A stretch of DNA of 64,000 nucleotides from Myxococcota bacterium (GTDB lineage: Bacteria; Myxococcota_A; Polyangia; Nannocystales; Nannocystaceae). Of this stretch, positions 38,542-50,383 are shown piece after piece. The notes beneath the pieces were generated by a model. The model saw only the letters and a list, made by a program, of their open reading frames with translations, was not told the origin of the DNA and ran no database searches. The stretch spans positions 37,815 through 101,814 of the forward strand of contig JBCCHT010000044.1 of the NCBI GenBank assembly GCA_039028615.1. Reading direction: 5' to 3'. Within the stretch, counting starts at the first letter, position 1. The number at the start of each line of letters is the position of its first letter. The position numbers were made by a program, and so were the translations under genes.

Positions 38542-40842
38542 ATGCTTGCCCTCGCCATGCCCCCGGCGAGCCCCAACGCAGACCTTTCCGCCGAGACGCT
38601 CAGCGGTACGGTCGAGCGCGTCGTCTATCACGACGACCGCACGCGCTACACGGTGATGAAGCTGCGGGTGCCGGGCTACGACGTGCTGGTCACCGCGGTC
38701 GGCCGTACGCCGGGGGTGGAGCAGGGGGCCGAGATCACGCTGACGGGGCAGTGGGACGAGCACCCCACGCACGGGCGGCAGCTGTCGTTCGGTTCGCTGC
38801 AGGTCGCGGTCCCGACTTCGCGCGGAGGAATCGAGCGCCGACTGATGCGCTATCCGGGCATCAAGCAGGTCATGGCACAGCGCATCGTGGCGCGTTTTGG
38901 CCTCGACACGCTGACGGTGCTCGATAAACAACCCGATCGCTTGGCCGAGGTCCCCGGCATCGGCAAGCGCACGGTCGAGCGCATCAAGGAGCACCACGCG
39001 ACGACGCATGGCCCGGTCGCTCAGCTCGAGGCGCAGCTCATCGAGCTGGAGCTGCCGCCGCACTTGGCCGAGTCGATCTTCGGGCGCTACGGCGAGGAGT
39101 CGACGGCGATGCTGCAGCAACAGCCCTATCGGCTGGCCCGCGACGTGCGGGGCATCGGTTTCTCCACCGCCGACCGCATCGCGCGGGGCCTGGGGCTGGC
39201 GCTCGACAGCGCTGAGCGGGTGGAGGCGGGGCTGCTGCACGTGCTCGAGCAGGCCGAGTCGGATGGTCACTGTGCGGTGCCCATCGAAGGGCTGGTGAAC
39301 CGAGCGTCTCGAACCTTGGGCGTTCCCGAGGCGCTGGTCCGTACGGCGGGCGAGCAGCTGGTGGGACTGGGTGACTTGGTGCTCGAGGAGGGCGGGGACG
39401 GCACGGCGCTGTGCTTTCCCACCGCGATGGTCGCGGCCGAGCGTGATGTGGCCGAGTCGCTGGCTCGACTGGCGCGGGCGCCCCGAGATCCATGGGTGAT
39501 GCGCGAGCTGCCCGAGCACCTGGGCGAAGGGCAGCGCGATGCGGTGCGAGCGGTGGCCGACGCGGGCGTGCTGGTGCTGACCGGTGGCCCGGGCACGGGC
39601 AAGAGCACGGTGGTGCACGAGATCCTGAAGCTGGCCCGAGCCCAGGGCGTCGAGGTGCTGCTGGCGGCCCCCACCGGGCGCGCGGCCAAGCGCTTGGAGC
39701 AGACCACGGGGCAGTCGGCGAGCACGGTGCATCGCCTGCTCGAGATCCAGCCGGAGACGGGGCAGTTCGTGCACGGCCCCGGCAACCCGCTACCGCCCGG
39801 GCTGCTGGTGGTCGACGAGAGCTCGATGCTCGACATCCGCCTGGCGCAATCGCTGTTGGGCGCTCTGGTGCCCGAGCATCGGCTGGTGCTGGTGGGGGAT
39901 GCCGATCAGCTGCCTTCGGTGGGTCCGGGCAACGTTCTGCGCGACGTGATGTCGGCCGCCGAAGAGCCCGACTCCGCGATCGCTCTGGTGCGCTTGCACG
40001 AGGTCTATCGGCAGTCCGAGGGGTCGTCGATCGTCGTCAACGCGCATCGCATCCTGGCCGGAGAGCGGCCGCAGGCCGACGAGAAGGGCGGGCAGGGCGA
40101 GTTCTACGTGGTGACCAGCCGCGACCCCGAGCGTGTGCACGAGGTCGTCGTCCGCATGGCCACCGAGCGGATCCCCGAGGTGTACGGGCTGGACCCGATC
40201 ACCGACGTGCAGGTGCTGTGTCCGATGCACAAGGGCCGCGCGGGCACGGAGGCCTTCAACACCACCCTCCAGGCGCACCACGGGGCGGGTCGCAAGGCCT
40301 ACGAGTACCGCCTGGGCAGCCGAGTCCTGCGGCGCTTCACGGTTGGCGACCGCGTGATGCAGACCCGCAACGACTACCAAAAAGGGGTCTACAACGGCGA
40401 TGTGGGCACGGTGGTGAGCACCGACCCCGACGAAGACGAAGTGGTGGTCAACATCGACGCCACGCGGCACACCTTTGCGGGCAAGGAGTTGCTGTCGCTC
40501 AAGCTGGCGTACGCGGTGTCGATTCACAAGAGCCAGGGCAGCGAGTTCCCGGCCGTGATCATCCCGCTGTTGACCGAGCATCACGTCATGCTGCGGCGCA
40601 ATTTGATCTACACCGCGGTGACGCGGGCGCGCTCGCTGTGCGTGCTGGTCGGCGACCCGCGGGCGATCGATCGAGCGGTACGTCAGATCGACGCCGCGCG
40701 CCGCCATACCGGCTTGGCGGCGCGCATCGGGCTCGCACTGCGGGATCCGGACCTGCTGCTGGGGCTCGAGCCCGACCCGGAAGACCTCGAGCCCCCCGAA
40801 GACGACGACCCCTGGCCCGACGACGAGCCGCTGTCCGACTGA
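38542..40842 (+). CDS. recD2: ATP-dependent RecD2-like DNA helicase
   Basis: HhH N-terminus, GIGFSTAD, TGGPGTGKST, APTGRAAKRL, VDESSM, GDADQLPSVGPG, YAVSIHKSQGSEF, YTAVTRA. Confidence 0.93.
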   Translation: MLALAMPPASPNADLSAETLSGTVERVVYHDDRTRYTVMKLRVPGYDVLVTAVGRTPGVEQGAEITLTGQWDEHPTHGRQLSFGSLQVAVPTSRGGIERRLMRYPGIKQVMAQRIVARFGLDTLTVLDKQPDRLAEVPGIGKRTVERIKEHHATTHGPVAQLEAQLIELELPPHLAESIFGRYGEESTAMLQQQPYRLARDVRGIGFSTADRIARGLGLALDSAERVEAGLLHVLEQAESDGHCAVPIEGLVNRASRTLGVPEALVRTAGEQLVGLGDLVLEEGGDGTALCFPTAMVAAERDVAESLARLARAPRDPWVMRELPEHLGEGQRDAVRAVADAGVLVLTGGPGTGKSTVVHEILKLARAQGVEVLLAAPTGRAAKRLEQTTGQSASTVHRLLEIQPETGQFVHGPGNPLPPGLLVVDESSMLDIRLAQSLLGALVPEHRLVLVGDADQLPSVGPGNVLRDVMSAAEEPDSAIALVRLHEVYRQSEGSSIVVNAHRILAGERPQADEKGGQGEFYVVTSRDPERVHEVVVRMATERIPEVYGLDPITDVQVLCPMHKGRAGTEAFNTTLQAHHGAGRKAYEYRLGSRVLRRFTVGDRVMQTRNDYQKGVYNGDVGTVVSTDPDEDEVVVNIDATRHTFAGKELLSLKLAYAVSIHKSQGSEFPAVIIPLLTEHHVMLRRNLIYTAVTRARSLCVLVGDPRAIDRAVRQIDAARRHTGLAARIGLALRDPDLLLGLEPDPEDLEPPEDDDPWPDDEPLSD

Positions 40843-40974
40843 CCGGCGCTGCAATCACGGCGGCGGTGCCGGGAGATCCCATTGCTCGGTGCGGGCTCGG
40901 CGAGGCGGCTGGGGTCGGGGCGAATCGCGGGACCGGACTGACGCGGAAGGCCGGGTTCGTGATACGACACGGTC

Positions 40975-41724
40975 ATGTCCGGCCATAGCAAATGGTCCAC
41001 CATCAAGCGCAAGAAGGGCGCCACCGATGCGAAGCGCGGCAAGATCTTCACGAAGATCGCCCGCGACATCCAGGTGGCGGCACGGGCCGGGGGTGGTGAC
41101 CCGGCGGGCAACCCCGCGCTTCGCTTGGCTCTGGTGGCGGCAAAAGCGGCCAACATGCCCAAGGACAACCAGGAGCGGGCGATCAAAAAGGGGCTCGGCG
41201 AGCTCGGTGGGGCTCGGATCGAAGAGCTGACCTACGAGGGCCGCGGCCCGCAGGGCGCGTCGTTCGTGGTCGAGGTGGTGACCGACAACCGCAACCGCAC
41301 GGTGGCGGAGGTTCGGCACGTGTTCTCCAAGGGCGGCGGGGAGCTGGGCTCGGATGGCTCGGTGACGTGGATGTTCGAGCGCCTGGGCGTGGTGGCGGTG
41401 CCTCGCGAGTCCATCGACGAGGACACGCTGACCGAGCGCGTGCTCGAGCTGGGCGCCGACGACGTGCGCGACAGCGGTGACGTCTGGATCGTGCTGTGCG
41501 AGCCCTCGGCCCTGCACGGGCTGTCGGAGGGGCTGGAAGACCTCGAGCCGGGCCTGGCCGAGATTCAGTACCTGCCCAAGCCCGAGTCGAAGAAGACCCT
41601 CGAGGGCGAGGGGGCGGAGCAGGTCGCGAAGTTCTGGGCGAAGCTCGACGACCTCGACGACGTGCGCAACGTGTTCACGAACGTGGAGCTCCCCGACGAC
41701 ATCATGGAGGAGCACGGGCCTTGA
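40975..41724 (+). CDS. yebC: YebC/PmpR family protein
   Basis: MSGHSKWSTIKRKKG..DAKRGKIFTK, YEG.GP.G, TDNRNRT. Confidence 0.97.
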   Translation: MSGHSKWSTIKRKKGATDAKRGKIFTKIARDIQVAARAGGGDPAGNPALRLALVAAKAANMPKDNQERAIKKGLGELGGARIEELTYEGRGPQGASFVVEVVTDNRNRTVAEVRHVFSKGGGELGSDGSVTWMFERLGVVAVPRESIDEDTLTERVLELGADDVRDSGDVWIVLCEPSALHGLSEGLEDLEPGLAEIQYLPKPESKKTLEGEGAEQVAKFWAKLDDLDDVRNVFTNVELPDDIMEEHGP

Positions 41725-42257
41725 CCCGGATCCTCGGTGTCGACCCCGGCACCCGGATCTTGGGCTATGGCGTGGTCGACCGGCACAGCTCCAACCGGGG
41801 CTTGTCGTTCGACTACTGCGAGTGCGGCACGGTGCGTACGCCGACGGGCGCGAGCATGGTCGAGCGCTTGGGCGTGATCGGCAAGACGCTCACCGAGATC
41901 ATCGAAGAGCTGCACCCCGAGGAAATCGCGCTCGAGAAGGCCTTCCACGGCCGTAACGCGTCGAGTGCCCTGAAGCTGGGGGAGGCGCGAGGGGCCATCA
42001 TGCTGGTGGCGGCCCAGCACGGCCTTCCTCTGCACGAGTACGCGCCGTCGCAGGTCAAGCAGGTGGTGGTCGGCCACGGGCGGGCCACCAAGCACGACGT
42101 GCAGCAGCGGGTGCGCCTGCTACTGAGGATGCGCCGCGAGCCGGCCTCCGATGCGGCCGACGCCCTGGCCATCGCGCTGTGCCACGGGACCCGCGGGCCC
42201 TCGCTGGTGCCGTCGCCCTCGACTCCCCCCCGACAGAAGAAGAAGGTCGCTCGATGA
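41721..42257 (+). CDS. ruvC: Holliday junction resolvase RuvC
   Basis: TTG start; ILGVDPG..ILGYG, SALKLGEARG, G.G.ATK..V, DAADALAIA. Confidence 0.95.
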   Translation: MTRILGVDPGTRILGYGVVDRHSSNRGLSFDYCECGTVRTPTGASMVERLGVIGKTLTEIIEELHPEEIALEKAFHGRNASSALKLGEARGAIMLVAAQHGLPLHEYAPSQVKQVVVGHGRATKHDVQQRVRLLLRMRREPASDAADALAIALCHGTRGPSLVPSPSTPPRQKKKVAR

Positions 42258-42886
42258 TTGGCTGGCTCCGTGGAGAAGTGAAGATCCGAGACGTGCAGCG
42301 CGGCGAGGTCGTGCTCGACGTCGGTGGCGTGGGCTACGTGGTGACGGTGTCGTGGCAGACGCTGGCCGACGTGCCCGAGCCGGGGCAGCCCTGCGAGCTG
42401 TGGATTCACACCCACGTGCGCGAGGAGGCGCTCAGCCTCTTCGGCTTTGCGCAGACGGCAGAGCGCGAGGTTTTCCGGCGACTCACCGGAGTGCCTCAGG
42501 TGGGCCCCAAGCTGGCGGTGGCGGTGCTGGGTGGGTTTCCGCTCACGGAGCTGCTCACGGCCATCGCAGGGGGAGAGCGGGCGACGCTCGAGCGGATTCC
42601 AGGGGTTGGCAAGCGCACGGCGGAGCGGATCCTTCTCGACCTCAAGGACAAGGTCGCGCCGTTGCTCGAGTCGCTCGGCGAGGGCGAGTCCCCGGCCCCC
42701 GAAACCCCCGCATCCGGGGACGACGACCAACTGCGCGAAGACGCACGACTGGTGCTGACGAATTTGGGGTGGAAGGCCAAGGCCGTGGAGTCGGCCTTGG
42801 ACACGGCCCAGGCCGAGGCGGGCGACGAGCAGGAGTCGCTCGACGGACTCGTCCGACGGGCGCTGGCCAAGCTCATGGCCCGCTAG
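42254..42886 (+). CDS. ruvA: Holliday junction branch migration protein RuvA
   Basis: MIGWLRG, DVGGVGY, HVREE..LFGF, VGPKLA, IPGVGKRTAERILLDLKDK. Confidence 0.96.
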   Translation: MIGWLRGEVKIRDVQRGEVVLDVGGVGYVVTVSWQTLADVPEPGQPCELWIHTHVREEALSLFGFAQTAEREVFRRLTGVPQVGPKLAVAVLGGFPLTELLTAIAGGERATLERIPGVGKRTAERILLDLKDKVAPLLESLGEGESPAPETPASGDDDQLREDARLVLTNLGWKAKAVESALDTAQAEAGDEQESLDGLVRRALAKLMAR

Positions 42887-43080
42887 CGGGCAATTGGCTG
42901 GCCCGTCGTCGGAGGCGGTCGAGCCCGGCACAGCGCGCACTCGGACCGGTCGAGGGACCCTCGCGGTAATCGCGGGCCGATGTGAGTGACAAACCTACGC
43001 GATTGGCTTTGCGTCATCGGGGGTCGCCGACTACGGTTGGTCCCGTGGTGCTCAAGGTCGTGCCTGCGTTCGAACCAGCC

Positions 43081-44994
<1,914 letters not shown>

Positions 44995-45097
44995 GCGGGC
45001 AGGGTAGGGGCCCGTCGCGTCAGCGCTCCGTTGTGGGACAAAGCCGGGCCCTGCCCGAAATGGCGCCGCACGGCATGCTAGCCTCCCGTTCACGCTC

Positions 45098-46588
45098 GTG
45101 CGGCAATCTTCTGCGTACCCGTGGATCCAGCTGCTCCTGCGCGTTGCGGTGAACCTGTTCTTCCGCCGCGTCGAGGTCGGAGGGTCTTCGAATGTGCCGG
45201 CCAAAGGCGGCGGCCTGGTGGTGTCGTGGCACCCGAATGGGCTGGTCGACCCGGGGCTCATCCTGACGCAGTGCGAGCGACCCATCGTGTTCGGGGCGCG
45301 GCACGGCCTGTTCTCGTATCCGCTGCTGGGTTCGTTGCTCCGCGAGGTGGGTACGGTGCCCATCTATCGCGCGGTCGACATGGGGGATGCCTCGGTCGAT
45401 GCCCGGCGCGCGGCCAACCGCAAGAGCCTCGAGGCGCTGTCCGAGCGGGTGGCGGCGGGGTCCTTGTCGGCGCTGTTTCCCGAAGGGGTGTCGCACGACG
45501 AGCCCGACCTGCAGGAGCTGCGCTCGGGCGCGGCGCGGGCCTACTACCGGGCGCGACAGCTGGCCGAGCCCGATGCCATCCCGGTCATCATCCCGGTCGG
45601 TCTGCACTACGACGACAAGCAGATGTTCCGGTCCAACGCGCTGGTGGCCTTTCATCCGCCGCTCTCGCTGCCGCCCCACCTCGACGTCACGCCCGAGGCC
45701 GACGTCGACTCGGACGAAGTACGAGCGCTGTCGCGGGAGCTGACCGAGCTGGTCGAGCAGACGCTCCGCGACGTGGTGCATGCCACCGACACCTGGGCGC
45801 TGCACGAGCTCATGCATCGCACGCGTCGCTTGGTGCGGGCCGAGCGAGCGCATCGAGCGGGGGCGAACCCGGGGCGGACCACCATCGGTGAGCGGGTGCT
45901 GGGCTTCGCTCGGGTGCGGGCCGGCTACAACACGCTGCTGCAGCGCGAGCCGGCGAAGGTGGAGCAGCTCAAGTGGCGGGTCTATCGCTATGACGCCGAC
46001 CTGCGGGCGCTCGGCCTCGAGGACTACGACCTCGACCGCAACCCGTCGTTTGGGTCCAAGTGGATCGCGGTGCTGTTGGGCCTGCAGCTGCTGGGCGTGT
46101 TCTTGCTGCTGCCGCCGCTCGTGCTGATGGGCTACCTGGTCAACCTGCCCACCGCGCTGGCGCTGGTGCTGGTCTCGAAGGCGGCGGCGAAGAAGCTCAA
46201 GGACGAAGCGACGGTCAAGCTCTTGCTCGGGATGATCGCGTTCCCGCTCACCTGGATCGTGGTGGGGGTGCTGGCGGGCTATGGGCACCACCAGCTGCAC
46301 CTGGCGTTCCCGCGGCTGCCCGACGCGCCGTTCCTCGCCGGGTTTACCGTCGCAGCGTTGGGGGCGGTGGGCGGCGCGGCGGCGCTGCGGTACTGGGGCG
46401 TGGCTCGGGAGACGGCCCGCGCGGTACGAGTGCGGCTCACCCGGCGCGGTGCCATTCGCAGCATCGCCCGACTCCGTCGCGAGCGTCGGCAGCTGTACGA
46501 CGCGATCGAAGCGATGACCGAAGACGTGGAGCTGCCGGGCGAAGTGCACGACGACGGCCGCGTGGGCCGTGTCGAGTCCCCGGCATGA
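45098..46588 (+). CDS. Lysophospholipid / glycerol-3-phosphate acyltransferase family membrane protein
   Basis: HPNGLVDP (HxxxxD-like), FPEGVSHD, IIPVGLHY; C-terminal TM helices. Confidence 0.88.
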   Translation: MRQSSAYPWIQLLLRVAVNLFFRRVEVGGSSNVPAKGGGLVVSWHPNGLVDPGLILTQCERPIVFGARHGLFSYPLLGSLLREVGTVPIYRAVDMGDASVDARRAANRKSLEALSERVAAGSLSALFPEGVSHDEPDLQELRSGAARAYYRARQLAEPDAIPVIIPVGLHYDDKQMFRSNALVAFHPPLSLPPHLDVTPEADVDSDEVRALSRELTELVEQTLRDVVHATDTWALHELMHRTRRLVRAERAHRAGANPGRTTIGERVLGFARVRAGYNTLLQREPAKVEQLKWRVYRYDADLRALGLEDYDLDRNPSFGSKWIAVLLGLQLLGVFLLLPPLVLMGYLVNLPTALALVLVSKAAAKKLKDEATVKLLLGMIAFPLTWIVVGVLAGYGHHQLHLAFPRLPDAPFLAGFTVAALGAVGGAAALRYWGVARETARAVRVRLTRRGAIRSIARLRRERRQLYDAIEAMTEDVELPGEVHDDGRVGRVESPA

Positions 46589-46618
46589 GCGACGCCCGGT
46601 CGAGCCGGGCGTCGGCCT

Positions 46619-47428
46619 CTACTCGGAGGCGCTGACGCGGCGAACCGCGTCGACGAGGTCACCGACGGTGAGCGTGGCCGGCACGCCTTGCTGCGCGAGG
46701 TCGTTCCACAGCGGCAGCAGGCTGTCGTTGCGACCCGAGCGATCGAGCATCTCGGCGATGGCTACGACGGTGGCGCGGCGGCGGCCCAAGTCGAGCGCGC
46801 GTGCGAGCTCCTCGGCGATGGGACCTTCGGCTTTGACCGTGGGCGGAGCGCTGGGCACCGCGACGGGCGAGGTCACGGCAGCCGGGGCTGCAGCCGTGGG
46901 CTCGGGCCTGGCTTCGGGACGGGGCGCGGCTTGGCCGTTGCGGCCCTGCTGCGGCTGGTTGCGAGCGATTCGCTGAATCACCACCGGCTGGTGGGGATCC
47001 TTGCGCCAGCGTCGGCGAGGTCCGCCGCCGTCCCAACGCTCTTCCGGCTCGCTAGCCGGGGCGCCGCCGTTGCGGGGGTTGGGCACCTGACCCGCGGCGA
47101 CGCGTTGCTCCATCGCTTGGCCGCGCTGGAGGATCTCTTGCCCGTGACCCTCGGGGAGCACGGTGACGACGGTGTCCTCCTTGATGATGGCGTAGAGCAC
47201 ATCGCCAAAGGCATCGACCGGCACGAGCGTCTGGGGCTCGCCCAACATCGCGTCGAGCGTGCGGATCGCCTTGCCGGTGTCTTCGGCGGTGGCGAGAGCC
47301 TCGTCGAGGCGGTCGCGAAGGCTTTCGTCGTCTTCGTCGTCGCGGCTGGGGACCAGCTCGCGCAAACGCTGCACCGCCCGGTGGGTGATGCTGTGGCGAC
47401 GATGGCCTGGAAACGGCGGGCGCATCAT
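46619..47428 (-). CDS. Hypothetical protein
   Basis: 269-aa ORF with host-like codon use; N-terminal ITHRAVQRLRE...YAIIKEDTVVTVL. Confidence 0.65.
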   Translation of the reverse strand: MMRPPFPGHRRHSITHRAVQRLRELVPSRDDEDDESLRDRLDEALATAEDTGKAIRTLDAMLGEPQTLVPVDAFGDVLYAIIKEDTVVTVLPEGHGQEILQRGQAMEQRVAAGQVPNPRNGGAPASEPEERWDGGGPRRRWRKDPHQPVVIQRIARNQPQQGRNGQAAPRPEARPEPTAAAPAAVTSPVAVPSAPPTVKAEGPIAEELARALDLGRRRATVVAIAEMLDRSGRNDSLLPLWNDLAQQGVPATLTVGDLVDAVRRVSASE

Positions 47429-47560
47429 GAGCTGGCCGCGGGTTTAGCCTCCACACGCGTCCTTGCCAAGCCCGCGCGCACGGCGAGCCTTCACTCCAGA
47501 CGGGACGTCCGCGGGCCCGGGGCTTGCCAAGCATGCGGCGCCCCAACGATGATCGGCCCC

Positions 47561-48595
47561 ATGACGGACGACACCAGCGACTGCGCGCTCGGGGGAGGTC
47601 GTGTGTGGCGTCACAACCGCGGCGCGGCATGGTCGCGGATCGGCCCCCTGGTGGTCGCCCTGACGATGGTCGGCAGTCCGGCCTTGGCCGCGCCCATCCA
47701 AGGGGTGGGGCAGGGCAAGGCCTCCGAGACCAAGAAGCCCAGCCTGAGTCGGGCGCGGGCGCGAGCGCTTCGACGGGCGCGGCGAGCTGCGCTCGAAGCG
47801 GCCTTGGGCGAGGTGACCGGCCCGGTCGATGCGGCGTCGCGCAAGGCGGTGCTGAAGTCGGCCGAGGCCTGGACCGGCGCGTACCGGATCTTGTCCGAGA
47901 GCAACGACGGTGAGCAGGTCGACATCCAGATCGAAGTGGAGATCGATCTGGTGCGGTTGACCAAGCGCGTGCGCAAACGCGAAGCGAGCGCGGGTCGTCC
48001 CATGTTCCGGCTCGACGCGATCGAGGCGGCACCCGCGTGCGGTGAGCTCGACCGCGTCAGCCAGACGGTGCGTGACGACCTGGTCGCCCTCGAGGGCGCG
48101 GTGCTCGAGGGTAAGGGCGCGCCCTTGTCGATCGCGGTCGATTGCCAGGTCTTGGGGCCCGTGCAGTTCACCTATCTGCAGGCGGTGCGGGTGCAGGTGG
48201 TGGCGAGCAGCGACGGGCGCCCGGTGGCCACGCACAACCGCCCCGCGTTCGCGACGACCCCCGACGAGGCGCTGGCGGCCGGCCTGCGCCGCAGTCTCGA
48301 CGATCTGGCCGACAGCCTGGCGGTGCATCGCCGCGGCCACGTACGGGTCCACGTCGAAGCGCCCTATCCCGCGGCCCGCGTGCGTCGTCTCGAGACGGCG
48401 ATGCGCAACTCGGTACTCGGAGTCGACGGCGTCTCCGTCGCCGGCATCGAACCGGGTATCGTCGAGCTTCACGTGCGGGGCAACCTCGCCGCCAGAGACT
48501 TGGCCACGCGGCTCCAGTCCCTCACGCTCCCCGGCTTCTCTTTGTCGATCGTCGATGTGGATCCACCCGATGCCCTCACCATTCGTCTCGAGTAG
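47561..48595 (+). CDS. Hypothetical exported protein (FlgT-N / LPP20-like N-terminal domain)
   Basis: Signal-like PLVVALTMVGSPALA; ARARALRRA.RAALE...YRILSE; start uncertain. Confidence 0.6.
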   Translation: MTDDTSDCALGGGRVWRHNRGAAWSRIGPLVVALTMVGSPALAAPIQGVGQGKASETKKPSLSRARARALRRARRAALEAALGEVTGPVDAASRKAVLKSAEAWTGAYRILSESNDGEQVDIQIEVEIDLVRLTKRVRKREASAGRPMFRLDAIEAAPACGELDRVSQTVRDDLVALEGAVLEGKGAPLSIAVDCQVLGPVQFTYLQAVRVQVVASSDGRPVATHNRPAFATTPDEALAAGLRRSLDDLADSLAVHRRGHVRVHVEAPYPAARVRRLETAMRNSVLGVDGVSVAGIEPGIVELHVRGNLAARDLATRLQSLTLPGFSLSIVDVDPPDALTIRLE

Positions 48596-48920
48596 TTCCT
48601 GGTCCCCGCGTCGTGGGTGGGCGGTCTTCGTGCTGGCCGCGTCGCTTTGGGCGTGTCGACCCGCCGATGCTGGCACCGTGCTGCGAATCCAGGTGCCGGA
48701 TGCCGACGCGGATGCCGACGTCTACGTCGACGGTAACTACGTGGGGCAGATCAGCGCCCTGGGTGACGAGCCGGTGGGGCCGGTCTTGCTCGCGCCCGGC
48801 GTGCACCGAGTCGAGGTTCGCAAGCCCGGTCGCTTCCCCGTGCAGCGCACGGTGAGGGTCGACGGAGACACGCCGGCCGAGACGGTCCTCGACGCCGAGC
48901 TGCTCGAAGACCCGCAGTAG
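48570..48920 (+). CDS. PEGA-domain lipoprotein
   Basis: Lipobox-like LWAC; DADVYVDGNYVG...LAPGVHRVEVRKPG. Confidence 0.8.
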   Translation: MPSPFVSSSSWSPRRGWAVFVLAASLWACRPADAGTVLRIQVPDADADADVYVDGNYVGQISALGDEPVGPVLLAPGVHRVEVRKPGRFPVQRTVRVDGDTPAETVLDAELLEDPQ

Positions 48921-48926
48921 CGGGGC

Positions 48927-50348
48927 TCAGCTCGGCAGCCGCACGAAGCGGCGCGGCACCATGTACGGGGGCAGCTGCCCGATGGCGTGCTCTTCGAGGT
49001 CTTCCACGTCGGTCTGACCGGTGGCCTTGAACTCGACCCACACCGAGGGATCGCCATCGGCATCCGCCTGCAAGTGCGCGCTGACCCAGGTGAGCCGACG
49101 ATGCGCGAGCAGGACCTCCTCGATGTTGTCGAGGCAGGCGCGGCGCCCCTCGAGGTTGACGAGGCCATCGTCGCGACCGAGGACCTCGAGCAGCCGCTCT
49201 TCTTTCTTGTCGAAGCGGCCCGCGTAGCCGGTGTGGCGCCAGGGCGCCTCCGCGATGGCGCCCGGCTCGGTGTCGGGGATGGGCGGACGGCAGGGGGAGA
49301 CCTGGTCGGAGTCGACGAGGACCTCGTGGCCGCCCACCTGCATCGCGGCACCGGGGCGGAAGGTCAGCCCGGTTGCCGGTTCGAAGGCCTCGCCGCGGCG
49401 GAGCACGCGGTGGGCGAGGATGCCGATCTCTTCGAGGGCCAGCAGCTGCCGGGTGGGCTTGGAGAACGCCTGGTTGAGCGCACGCCCGACCCCCAGCGGC
49501 ACGGTGGCCTGCGGGATGACGGGGGTGAGCGACAGGGTGGTACCGCGGACCTTGAGCGCTCGCGACAGCTCGAGCAGCTGGCGGAGCGAGTCGATGACCA
49601 CGAGCTGCTCGTGCAGCTGCGCCACGGGCAGCACCGCGTCGACGGCCGAGCCTTCGGCCATGACCAGCTGCGCCTCGGAGGCCAGCCACCCCAAGATCAC
49701 CGGGTCGAAGAAGCGCGGCACGATGAGCGGCTGAGGGCACAGGATGCGCATGCCCGCGTGCAGCTCCATCGCCGCGACCGCGGCGTCGCCGACCGCTCGG
49801 AGCTGGTCACCCGTTCGGATGACGTCGCGGACCACTCCGCCGATGCCGCGAGCGGCCATGATGAGCTCGGCGCCCGCGGGCAGCTCGTGGCTCTCGCGGA
49901 GCTCCTCGGGAGGATCGAGCACGTCGACGGCGAGCAGCGAGCCGGCCAGGCGACGTCGCGAGCGGAAGCCGTAGGCCTCGCCGTAGTCGGGAGAGGCCGC
50001 CTCCTGGCCGCGAGGGCGTCGGATCACGGCGTGCAGGGGCATGCGGCTGGCCGTCTCCCGGATGATGCGCTCGCCGTGGGCCGGATCGACGGGGACCGCC
50101 ACCGCACCGAGCTTGCTGCACGACAGCAGCATCACGATGAACTCGGCGACGTTGCCCATCGATAGGGCGACGAGGCTTCCCGCGCGAACGCCCAGCCCAG
50201 AAAGCTCCCGTGCCCGGCGATCGGCCCGGATGAGCAGGCCGCGGCGGCTGAGGGTGTTCTCCGGTCCGTAGACGGAACGTGCGCTGCCCTTGCTCGCCAC
50301 GGCGGCGGCCAGGAGCGTGTACATGTGGCCGTGCGACGCGGTGCTCAT
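48927..50348 (-). CDS. AMP-binding (adenylate-forming) superfamily protein with degenerate motifs
   Basis: LGVRAGSLVAL...KLGAVAVPVDP, LGRDDGLVNLEGRR...IEEVL..H, LPPYMVPRRF. Confidence 0.75.
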   Translation of the reverse strand: MSTASHGHMYTLLAAAVASKGSARSVYGPENTLSRRGLLIRADRRARELSGLGVRAGSLVALSMGNVAEFIVMLLSCSKLGAVAVPVDPAHGERIIRETASRMPLHAVIRRPRGQEAASPDYGEAYGFRSRRRLAGSLLAVDVLDPPEELRESHELPAGAELIMAARGIGGVVRDVIRTGDQLRAVGDAAVAAMELHAGMRILCPQPLIVPRFFDPVILGWLASEAQLVMAEGSAVDAVLPVAQLHEQLVVIDSLRQLLELSRALKVRGTTLSLTPVIPQATVPLGVGRALNQAFSKPTRQLLALEEIGILAHRVLRRGEAFEPATGLTFRPGAAMQVGGHEVLVDSDQVSPCRPPIPDTEPGAIAEAPWRHTGYAGRFDKKEERLLEVLGRDDGLVNLEGRRACLDNIEEVLLAHRRLTWVSAHLQADADGDPSVWVEFKATGQTDVEDLEEHAIGQLPPYMVPRRFVRLPS

Positions 50349-50383
50349 CGGCTGCTCGCGAGCTTCTGGGGCCCGTGGAGGGC

